This document shows, piece after piece, positions 7,905 through 15,471 of a DNA stretch of 17,900 nt. The stretch lies in NCBI GenBank assembly GCA_964013405.1, contig CAXGWI010000067.1:1-17900 (forward strand), in the 5' to 3' direction. The translations under genes were made by a program, and so were the position numbers. This stretch comes from an uncultured Myxococcales bacterium. Lineage in GTDB: Bacteria; Myxococcota; UBA4151. The notes beneath the pieces were generated by a model. The model searched no databases, was not told the origin of the DNA, and saw only the letters and a list, made by a program, of their open reading frames with translations. Every line of letters begins with the position of its first letter. Position 1 is the stretch's first letter.

Positions 7905-8661
7905 CCGGTTCATCGGGATCGAGATCGGTCATCGCTTGGTCCAGCAGGGCTTCCCGGGCCTCGGGTTCCAGACCGGGCGCCATCCAGTCGCTCATGGCCG
8001 GGATCCGCAACAAGGCCATGAATTCCCCTTGCGTACTTCGGTAGGTGAGTGGGGTCCAGCGCCCGGGCTCTAAGTCGCACATCGCTGCTGTTGCATCCAG
8101 TTGAGTCGGGTTCAGTTCGCGGATCGCACCGGGCAATTCCGCGTGACCTTCGGCAAGAACTCGGGTCACGGCTGCTTGAAGAGGGTGTCCTTCGACGCTG
8201 CCACCCCGGACGTAAGTTGCTGGCACTGTGAAGTGAAGGCTGCCCCCCGGCACCAGGAGCCGAGCCATGTCGGTCAATGGACTGCCGTGGAAATGCCAGA
8301 AAGCCGCGTTGCAGACGATGGCATGGAAAGGCGCTGCCCGTGAGGCACTTAAACGTTCCGCTGAGCGGACCTCGAAGGTCACTCGGGGATCATCGAGAAG
8401 AGTCCTGGCCAGCGAGACCATCGCCGCGGCCCGATCGACACAATGCAACTCTCCACGGGGGCCCAAACGCTGCAAAACAGCCTCGGCGGTGGCCCCGGTG
8501 CCACAAGCTAAGTCGAGAATCCGTATGTCGGGCCAGTCTGGATATGCCTCGAACAAAGTATCATTCAGTGCCCGATTCAAATGGGCATAGACCGGCCAGG
8601 ATCTCGTGAACTCCGCGTAGGTTTCAGCCGTCAGAAGGTCGTTCCAGGCATCCTCGTTCAC
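7843..8661 (-). CDS. Class I SAM-dependent methyltransferase
   Basis: ILDLACGTG motif I, CVDRAAAMV, SAERL, FHAIVCNAAF, RLLVPGG. The start is placed at GTG 8661, which overlaps the upstream TGA (GTGA) and has AGGA upstream. Confidence 0.88.
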   Translation of the reverse strand: MNEDAWNDLLTAETYAEFTRSWPVYAHLNRALNDTLFEAYPDWPDIRILDLACGTGATAEAVLQRLGPRGELHCVDRAAAMVSLARTLLDDPRVTFEVRSAERLSASRAAPFHAIVCNAAFWHFHGSPLTDMARLLVPGGSLHFTVPATYVRGGSVEGHPLQAAVTRVLAEGHAELPGAIRELNPTQLDATAAMCDLEPGRWTPLTYRSTQGEFMALLRIPAMSDWMAPGLEPEAREALLDQAMTDLDPDEPVTVDWFVVSFRRRAGAAPKA

Positions 8662-9323
8662 GGGCCATCCTGATGCAGGGGGCATACGGCTGGGAAACTG
8701 ATGCCTTTTTCTGCGAGGACGAACTGATTGCGTCGGAGGTCTTCGGTCACGACTTCCCACTGCCCTTTGCATGCCCAGTCACCCCGAAGGCGGGGGACGT
8801 TGCGACACCACTTACGGTAGCGTCTCGCCAGAATAAAGTTGTCATGGAATTGCCGGGCCATACCACAGACACAGCCTTGAAGTTCCATGCACGGCCCCTT
8901 CAGCGCGGCTGGGAGTTGAATCGTGCCTAACTCTTCCGGCTGAGCCTCTGAGTCTAGACTCGCCAGTCGGCTCTCCTCGGCCCGACGGTTCTCTTCTGCA
9001 AGTTTCTGTTGGTACCGGGCCTGGAGTTCGGCTTCTCGCTTTGTCTCGAGTTTCTCCGCAATCTCTTGGGCCAGGTGATCCACCTGTTCGACGGCGGCTT
9101 GTCGCTCCTTTTGTCGATGACCTCGTTCATCGGCCGAAGGCACGGCGGCTTCGATGAGCCAGAGTACGACCAAAGCGCCCCAAACCGCACCGATCGCGAG
9201 CCCCCGGCCACCTTGGAGCGGGCCGCCCGGCATCTCCCCATAGTGACCGGTTGGCATGGTGAGCCGGGAATAGAGGTAGAGAAGGATGACCAGCGCCGTG
9301 CTGATCATGACCAACCACTCCAT
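8658..9323 (-). CDS. Hypothetical membrane protein (two TM helices, charged coiled-coil-like stretch, six-Cys C-terminal domain)
   Basis: ATG 9323 follows GGAGGAG. Two hydrophobic N-terminal segments, an E/Q/K/R-rich helix, then Cys pattern C-x5-C-x-C...C...C...C. Translationally coupled to the methyltransferase. Confidence 0.7.
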   Translation of the reverse strand: MEWLVMISTALVILLYLYSRLTMPTGHYGEMPGGPLQGGRGLAIGAVWGALVVLWLIEAAVPSADERGHRQKERQAAVEQVDHLAQEIAEKLETKREAELQARYQQKLAEENRRAEESRLASLDSEAQPEELGTIQLPAALKGPCMELQGCVCGMARQFHDNFILARRYRKWCRNVPRLRGDWACKGQWEVVTEDLRRNQFVLAEKGISFPAVCPLHQDGP

Positions 9324-9361
9324 GGTACCTTCTCCTCCCCTGCTGTTCATGCCAGAAACCC

Positions 9362-11533
9362 GTGGCAGCGGCCAGACCCGCTTCGAGGACCGAGCCCCTG
9401 AACCCAGAGTTACTCAGCGCAGTCTGGTCGATCACCATTCTCTGTGGTGCTGCTTGGCGGCTTCGCACACTGGTTCTGGCCTCGGGCGTGGGTCGTCGAT
9501 GGATTCCGTGGCTGTTTGCGTGCTGCCTCCTGACATTGGTTCGGATGAGCGTCCTGTTTTATCGTCACCTGTGGTCAAGCGAGCATGTGGATCCGTGGGT
9601 CATCCCGGTCGTGGTCCTGACCCTAAGTCTCTTTATCGTTTGTTGTTTTTCCATGTTGGTCGAATTCGTCGAGGCTGGCCCCCTGCCGACCTATCTCGTG
9701 TTTGTGGTGGGCGCCCTCCTCGCACCCCTGGCATCCATTCCATTGCTTCGATTCGATGCAGACTACGGTAGCCGCATTGCACCCATCGCAACCGTGCTCG
9801 CGATCCCCTTCTTGCTGGGGAGCGTGTATTTCGCCGTCTACCTGTATAAACGAACGGCATTCGAAGCACGGCGCCCGATGATCTGGGGCTGTACCATTGC
9901 CTGTTGGGCCGTGTGTGCAAGCGCTTGCTACGATGCATTTCTCGTCCAGCAAACCGGCGCCGCGGGGGTCTTCACCACGGGTTGGGTTCAGTCCATTGCC
10001 CTCATCGTCATCATGTTGATCGCGGAGGGCCTACTCACTCGAGAGTTTGTGCAGCGGGCCGACGAAAGGGAGCGGGCCGAGATCCCCGTTGAGGCTCAGT
10101 CGAGACTTTTTGCGACGGTGAGCCATGAACTTCGAACGCCCTTGAGTAGCATCATTGGGCTGCAGGAAGCCCTCTCTAATCGCCTCGCTCCGGCGGGCCA
10201 ACTGGCTCTGGTGAAAGGCCTGGGACAGGCAGCCCTCCGCTTGGCTCGACTGATCGACGGCGTCGTCGCGGTGGAGCGTTTTGCGCTGAACCGTCAACGT
10301 CTCGACGAAAAGCCCTTCACCCTTTCTCGGCTGTTTCATCAGGCGGAAGGAGATCTTCAGCAGCGCGTGAGTTGGTCCTTGTCCGGTCCGCTTGACCAAG
10401 TGGTCGTCGGTGATGACCGGCGGTTTCGCCAAGCCCTCGAGTTCTTGTGTTACGAGTTGAGCGCTTATGCAGGGGCGGAACCGGTTCAGGCCGAAGTGCG
10501 TGGGAAGCGGGTCTCTCAGGACGTGACTGAGGTCTCTTTTCGGCTCGTTTGTAGGTCGAGCAAGTCGCAGGCTGGGGAAAGGCCTCCCTTAGAACCGCTG
10601 AGTTCACTGTCGATTGCCCGCCGACTCTTCCGACTGCTGGGCGTCGAGCTGACGAGCGAAACAGATGCCTCAGGTGCACTGACCTGCCAAGCAACCTTTC
10701 AACTTCCGAGCGTTATCGGCCGAGTCGAACTCACGGAGACACCCCGGGAGCCAACGCGGGAAATTGGGACACGAGAAGCAAGAGTTCTCGTGGTGGATGA
10801 CAACGCGATGAACCGCAGAGTCCTGCGCCTCTTGATGGAGCAGACCGGCTGTGACCTCATCGAAGCAAGCAGCGGCGCAGAAGCGATCCGCCGGGCAAAG
10901 GAAGGTGAGTTCGAGTCGGTTCTCATCGATCTGCATATGCCGGGCATGACGGGACTGGATGTCGCTGCAGAGCTTCGGCGGCACTGGCAAGAGGTCGGTG
11001 CTGAGCAGGCCTGTCGCTTGGTGGCTTGGAGTGCTGACCTGCGGCCCGAAATGATCGCATCTGCCTTTGCCTCTGGCTTTGATCGGTTCTTACCAAAGCC
11101 ATACTCTCGAGAAGAATTGTTCCAGGCCCTGGAATTTCCTCTCGGGACACCGGACCAGGAGGATCTGGTGGAAGCGGTGGATGGGCGTCAAGCGAGCGAG
11201 TTCTTGCTCGCTTTGGTCGGTGGCGACGAAGCCTTGGCCGAGGAGCTCGTTGAGGAGTTTGAGTCCACTTGGCGGATGGCACACGAGCAACTCGTGAATG
11301 CCTACGAGCGCGCCGATTGGCAGGAGGTCCAGGCCCTGGCCCACCGGCAAAGAGGTGGTTGCTTAAGTCTCGGCCTCAACGAGCCAGCAGCGACGGCCGG
11401 CCGACTTCAGGTTGTGGCCGGGGAGGACCACAGGGAAGAGACCTACTCATTGTTGCTCCGCTTGCGAACCCAGTGTGAAGCTGCCGGTCGGCTACTCCGG
11501 CGTTCTCTGCAGCGTTCGGATCAGCAGCGATGA
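9362..11533 (+). CDS. Hybrid sensor histidine-kinase-like protein: 7TM, HisKA, degenerate HATPase, REC, Hpt
   Basis: About 7 hydrophobic segments; H-box ATVSHELRTPL (His codon 10124-10126); CA-like region lacking N/G1/F/G2 boxes; intact receiver (VVDD, LIDLHMPGMTG, S, KP); Hpt motif LAHRQRGG. The start is uncertain (GTG 9362, or CTG 9398 after GAGGA). Confidence 0.9.
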   Translation: MAAARPASRTEPLNPELLSAVWSITILCGAAWRLRTLVLASGVGRRWIPWLFACCLLTLVRMSVLFYRHLWSSEHVDPWVIPVVVLTLSLFIVCCFSMLVEFVEAGPLPTYLVFVVGALLAPLASIPLLRFDADYGSRIAPIATVLAIPFLLGSVYFAVYLYKRTAFEARRPMIWGCTIACWAVCASACYDAFLVQQTGAAGVFTTGWVQSIALIVIMLIAEGLLTREFVQRADERERAEIPVEAQSRLFATVSHELRTPLSSIIGLQEALSNRLAPAGQLALVKGLGQAALRLARLIDGVVAVERFALNRQRLDEKPFTLSRLFHQAEGDLQQRVSWSLSGPLDQVVVGDDRRFRQALEFLCYELSAYAGAEPVQAEVRGKRVSQDVTEVSFRLVCRSSKSQAGERPPLEPLSSLSIARRLFRLLGVELTSETDASGALTCQATFQLPSVIGRVELTETPREPTREIGTREARVLVVDDNAMNRRVLRLLMEQTGCDLIEASSGAEAIRRAKEGEFESVLIDLHMPGMTGLDVAAELRRHWQEVGAEQACRLVAWSADLRPEMIASAFASGFDRFLPKPYSREELFQALEFPLGTPDQEDLVEAVDGRQASEFLLALVGGDEALAEELVEEFESTWRMAHEQLVNAYERADWQEVQALAHRQRGGCLSLGLNEPAATAGRLQVVAGEDHREETYSLLLRLRTQCEAAGRLLRRSLQRSDQQR

Positions 11534-12984
11534 ATATCCTCGCGATCAACATTCTATGGTCCTTAGGACTCACCTCTGCCCTCTTTTGGCGAGTGAGTGC
11601 ATTGCTCGGGATCCTGCAATCGAAACAGCCCTGGGCCGCCTTCCTGCGCTGGACGCTGGCCCTCACCATCTTCAAGCAGTTGATGGCCCTCTTTTTCTAT
11701 ACGGCCGAAACAGCAGCGATCGCCCAAGTCTTCTATATCCTTCTTTTGGTCTCCACTGCCTTCTTCTTCCCCATCGCATTTGAGACCGTGCTTCGCTTTG
11801 TTGGTCGTCCGTCGGGCCGCTTAGCAAAAGTGGGTATCATCGGTGTGGTTCTGACGGTTGTAGGGGCCTGTTTCTGGGGCATCGAAGGGATGGTGTTGCG
11901 TCAGCCCAAAGGGGTGGATGCCTACATTTTCGATGCCGACCTGGCCCCGTGGGCTGGTGCCCTCTTGGCCGGATGGACGCTCTTTTATGGTGTGGTGACC
12001 TGGTTGGCTTTGCGTCCCATTGCTGCACCGGCAAACCGTCCCTTTCTTCCCGTGGTGTACGGCTACGGTATCAATCTGCTGATCATCATCCACGACGCTC
12101 AGGTGGCCTCTGGGGTCCTAGAGACGCCGTTTTTGAGCGGGTTTGGCAACGTGGTCCTCGCCGTCACTTTTGTCATCAGTGCGGAGCTCACGGTCACCCG
12201 GGAATTGCAACGGACCGCAGCATCCGATCGCCAGGCCCTGGCCGAACTAGACTCAAGGCGCCGCTTCCTCGATGGGGTGAGCAAAGAACTTCAGGGGCCC
12301 ATGGAAGAGATCGAAGATCTACGAGGCCGTCTCCAGGCCGAATCGCTGGACGAGGATTCGCGACGGCTCGTGGGTCTGATCAAGACGTCTTCCGACCTCC
12401 TTCATGGCACTTTGGAGCAGTTGGTGGATTTCGAGCGATTGAATCGAGGTGATTTCATTTTACGGGATGAACTCATCGAGTTGGAATCCCTTCTGAATGA
12501 TATCCTCCAGCAGGGTCGAGAGCTCACACTGGCCGAAGGGCTACAGTTTCGGGGGGACGTCGACGTTTCCGAGGGGCTCGTTGTCCGTGGAGACGCGCAG
12601 CGATTACGACAGGTGCTCACTTACCTCATCGCCAACGCAGTCAAGTTTACCCTTGAGGGGTCGGTGATGTTTCGTTGTCGAGCTTATCGTATGCCCGACG
12701 CATCCCAGATTACGCTGCGGTTTGAGATCGAGGATACGGGCGTTGGGATTGCAGCGAACGATCAGGCCCGTATCTTCACAGCCTTTGCCCAGGCTGATGA
12801 GGGCATCGAGCGGCGCTTCCAAGGGGTTGGCCTCGGTCTGGCACTGTGTGAAAAGCTTGTGGGTGAGATGGGGGGAGAAATCCAGTTGGACAGTCAGGTG
12901 GCCAAAGGAACTCGGATCCAAGTCGACATCAGGTTGGAGGAGGCGTTGACCCCGCAGTCTAACGATTCCTTAGGGCCTCGCTAG
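11530..12984 (+). CDS. Sensor histidine-kinase-like protein: 7TM, HisKA lacking the phospho-His, intact HATPase_c
   Basis: About 7 hydrophobic segments. The H-box position reads GVSKELQGPM (Lys codon 12283-12285). N box IANAVKFT, G1 EDTGVGI, F box IFTAFAQAD and G2 GVGLGLALC are all present. ATGA overlap with the upstream kinase. Confidence 0.9.
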   Translation: MNILAINILWSLGLTSALFWRVSALLGILQSKQPWAAFLRWTLALTIFKQLMALFFYTAETAAIAQVFYILLLVSTAFFFPIAFETVLRFVGRPSGRLAKVGIIGVVLTVVGACFWGIEGMVLRQPKGVDAYIFDADLAPWAGALLAGWTLFYGVVTWLALRPIAAPANRPFLPVVYGYGINLLIIIHDAQVASGVLETPFLSGFGNVVLAVTFVISAELTVTRELQRTAASDRQALAELDSRRRFLDGVSKELQGPMEEIEDLRGRLQAESLDEDSRRLVGLIKTSSDLLHGTLEQLVDFERLNRGDFILRDELIELESLLNDILQQGRELTLAEGLQFRGDVDVSEGLVVRGDAQRLRQVLTYLIANAVKFTLEGSVMFRCRAYRMPDASQITLRFEIEDTGVGIAANDQARIFTAFAQADEGIERRFQGVGLGLALCEKLVGEMGGEIQLDSQVAKGTRIQVDIRLEEALTPQSNDSLGPR

Positions 12985-13565
12985 TAAGCGTTTCCTCGGA
13001 CCAAGGCGAAGAACTGACCCAGGTCCTTGTCCCCCTTGCGGGCTTTACCCACACTGACGCCATCACAGACCACACGCATGTCGTCTTGCATCCCTGCGTA
13101 GACCAGTTTTGAGAGACCTGCTTCATTGGGTTTGCGCATGGGCCAGTCGGGCACGTCACCATCTGGGATGCTGCGATAGTCGATGAAGAGTTCTGCATCA
13201 TCGGCGGCCGGATGGACCAAGAAATAGCCGGGGCCTGTGATCCATTGGTTTTGCTGCTTGTTGTAGCCCCACAGTTCGTCTTCGCGATCGGTCGCACGGG
13301 TGAAGTGCTTCTCGAAGCAGCGGAAGACCGGCAGGGTGTTGATGCCCAAATGGGGGACTCTTGCGCCAGCTGGTAGGGACGTTGGCACGAAGTCGTCCAG
13401 CGTCATGGTTCGCTGCCCGTCCATCAGCCGATAGAGATCGCCAACGGCCTTTCGGCTCAGTGCCCGTACTTCATCGACACGGGCCTCGATGCTGAGCCCG
13501 GCGAGGTGCTCCGAGATCGCGTTGGCCGGGCTATTGGACTGGATCAGATCCGCGAGATGACTCAT
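12981..13565 (-). CDS. Hypothetical protein coupled to GMC oxidoreductase
   Basis: True start is probably ATG 13565 (MSHLADLIQ...), in ATGA overlap with the GMC stop. Globular composition with motif-like segments GINTLPVF-FEKHF, WGYN, TGPGYF, IDY, VY-GMQD-MR. Confidence 0.75.
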   Translation of the reverse strand: MSHLADLIQSNSPANAISEHLAGLSIEARVDEVRALSRKAVGDLYRLMDGQRTMTLDDFVPTSLPAGARVPHLGINTLPVFRCFEKHFTRATDREDELWGYNKQQNQWITGPGYFLVHPAADDAELFIDYRSIPDGDVPDWPMRKPNEAGLSKLVYAGMQDDMRVVCDGVSVGKARKGDKDLGQFFALVRGNAY

Positions 13566-15076
13566 AGGTTTCGCTCCATTAAACGGGTCGCAATTCGACG
13601 GGATAAGGCCATGATCGTGTGCTGGGGGTTGACCCCAAGAACCGAGGGGATGATGGAGGCATCGGCTACATAGAGCCCCTCGGTGCCATGGACTTTGCCG
13701 TCGAAGTCGCAAACGCTTTTGCCAGCTTCTGCCCCCATGGTGCATCCGCCGAAAAGATGAGTGAGAATGCTGGTCCATGCCCTCGGGTCTAGCGAGGCGT
13801 TCTCCAGCAAATGGATCTGGTCTGGTCCCAGGGCGTAGGGAAGACCGTGGACACCGGGCATGATGGCCTTCGCACCCACCGCAAAGAAGAGATGGGCGAG
13901 TTGGATCGAGCCCTGACGCAGGCGCAGCATATCCGCTTTGTTCATCGTGTAGAAAACTTGCGGTTTTCCGCCGATTCCAGGCCGAATGGTGCCGACGCTC
14001 TGGGCCCGAACCGCGGCGACCCAGAGGGCGAGGTTACGATAATTTTGTACCCGGTCCATCAAGGTCTTGCCCGCCCCCGCAAGGCGACCGGCGATCAACT
14101 CGAGGGGCATGTTGAGGGTCTCGAGTTTAAGGCCGGGGTCGTTGCGGAAGTGGGTGGAAGCCATACCCTGGGTCGCACCAACGGTCATGTCGACGGGATC
14201 ATCGAATGAGCCGAGTGTTGCCGTGCCCGGATGGGCCCGAAAGCCTTTGCCGAGGGCCGGCGTTTTGAGGCCGCTCCGCCAGAGGATCATCGGACTGTGG
14301 GTGACGGAAGCAGCGACGATCACTGCGCGCCGGGCCCGTACCTGAAAGCGACTTCCTTTTTTTCGGGTTTGCGGATGCACAAAGTGACCCTCGACCCCTT
14401 GAACCCGCCCCTGCGTGTGCATCAAACGCCGCACCGGTGCACAACTGAGCACCGTGCCCCCCCGCCGTCGCACCTCGGGAATCCAGGTGACATTGGTACT
14501 TTGCTTGCGGCCTGCGCGGCAGCCTTGCAGGCATTGGGCCTGACCGAGACAACCCTTCACACTACGTTCGATCACATGGCCTTCGATGCCTAAATTTTCG
14601 GCGGCTTGGAGTGCGAGGACGTTGCTTCGCCCCATGGATTCGGTGGGCACGGGGCAAACGGATAACTCCCGCTCGATCTGGTCCTGATAGGTCCAAATCG
14701 TTTCGGGCATGTCCGGGTCGTCCAGTCCGACTTGGTCTTTCCACAACTGGAAGATATCGCCCGGTGTCCGAACGACGATGGCCGAGTTGATCACCGTGGT
14801 GCCGCCCATCGTCCGGGCCTGCAGCACCGGGGAGAGCGCTCGCCCCATGGTCACCGATGACCCCCACTCATCGAAGAGATCCCGAAAGGCGCCGTAGAGG
14901 GTGTAGGGATAGTCCTCGGGGTCTCGCCAGGCCCCGGCCTCGACAACGGCCACCGATGCGCCGCCTCGGGCCAGGGTCACGGCAGCGCTACCACCCCCGG
15001 CGCCGCTGCCGACGACCACGTAGTCCACCTCCAACTCGAGGGTTTCACGGCCGGTCTGGTACGCGTAGTGGGTCAA
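13562..15076 (-). CDS. GMC-family FAD-dependent oxidoreductase
   Basis: VVVGSGAGGG Rossmann motif, VVEAG, GGTTVINS, Cys cluster CLGQAQCLQGCRAGRKQS, catalytic-type HLFGG, VADAS, GVNPQHTIMALS. TTG 15076 (after GGAGG, TTGA overlap) is preferred over GTG 15088. Confidence 0.93.
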   Translation of the reverse strand: MTHYAYQTGRETLELEVDYVVVGSGAGGGSAAVTLARGGASVAVVEAGAWRDPEDYPYTLYGAFRDLFDEWGSSVTMGRALSPVLQARTMGGTTVINSAIVVRTPGDIFQLWKDQVGLDDPDMPETIWTYQDQIERELSVCPVPTESMGRSNVLALQAAENLGIEGHVIERSVKGCLGQAQCLQGCRAGRKQSTNVTWIPEVRRRGGTVLSCAPVRRLMHTQGRVQGVEGHFVHPQTRKKGSRFQVRARRAVIVAASVTHSPMILWRSGLKTPALGKGFRAHPGTATLGSFDDPVDMTVGATQGMASTHFRNDPGLKLETLNMPLELIAGRLAGAGKTLMDRVQNYRNLALWVAAVRAQSVGTIRPGIGGKPQVFYTMNKADMLRLRQGSIQLAHLFFAVGAKAIMPGVHGLPYALGPDQIHLLENASLDPRAWTSILTHLFGGCTMGAEAGKSVCDFDGKVHGTEGLYVADASIIPSVLGVNPQHTIMALSRRIATRLMERNL

Positions 15077-15465
15077 TCTGTCCTCCACGTGCCTGGATCT
15101 TCACCATAGGGCTTGAGGCCCAGGGCCCTTCGAACCTGTGGGTCTGCGCCCCAGCACATGCCGGCTACCGTCTTGACCATCAGGAGCGCCTGCCGGAGCC
15201 CGTAAAGGCGGGAGCGACTCATTCTCATCACATGGGCATCGAGGAGGGATTTGGGCAGGAGGAAAGCGGGAAGCGGCAAGAAGACGGTGATGAGCGGTGA
15301 GATCACGAGGACCCAAGCGGACAGATAGAAACTCAACCGGAAGACCAGCGGCGATTCTTTTTTGAGCCGGCGCAAAAAGCCGGAGGGGTCACAGTCCTTG
15401 GCACCTGGAAGGCCATCGGCCGGTGGTAGAACGGCGCCGAGGCAAAATGCGAAGAGTGCGGTCAA
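15073..15465 (-). CDS. Small partner protein of the GMC oxidoreductase (gluconate 2-dehydrogenase subunit 3-like)
   Basis: About 130 aa, coupled directly upstream of the GMC gene. C-terminal RQALLMVKTVAGMCWGADPQVRRALG resembles small helical subunits that precede GMC enzymes; family assignment is tentative. Confidence 0.6.
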   Translation of the reverse strand: MTALFAFCLGAVLPPADGLPGAKDCDPSGFLRRLKKESPLVFRLSFYLSAWVLVISPLITVFLPLPAFLLPKSLLDAHVMRMSRSRLYGLRQALLMVKTVAGMCWGADPQVRRALGLKPYGEDPGTWRTD

Positions 15466-15471
15466 GAGGGT

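Noticed and set aside
7843..8661. Methyltransferase as a displaced BioC
   Set aside because: It lies outside the bio operon, is coupled to an unrelated membrane gene and shows only generic class I motifs. No BioH-like esterase is nearby, and the BioE-like gene offers another precursor route. An HMM search would settle this.
9362..12984. The kinase genes as simple pseudogenes or sequencing errors
   Set aside because: Both frames are full length and coupled. The His-to-Lys change needs two base substitutions, and the CA degeneration in protein A spans several motifs while its flanking domains are intact.
13566..13778. N-terminal extension of the 265-aa ORF 12981..13778
   Set aside because: It overlaps the GMC coding sequence in another frame; the ATGA-coupled start at 13565 is more plausible.
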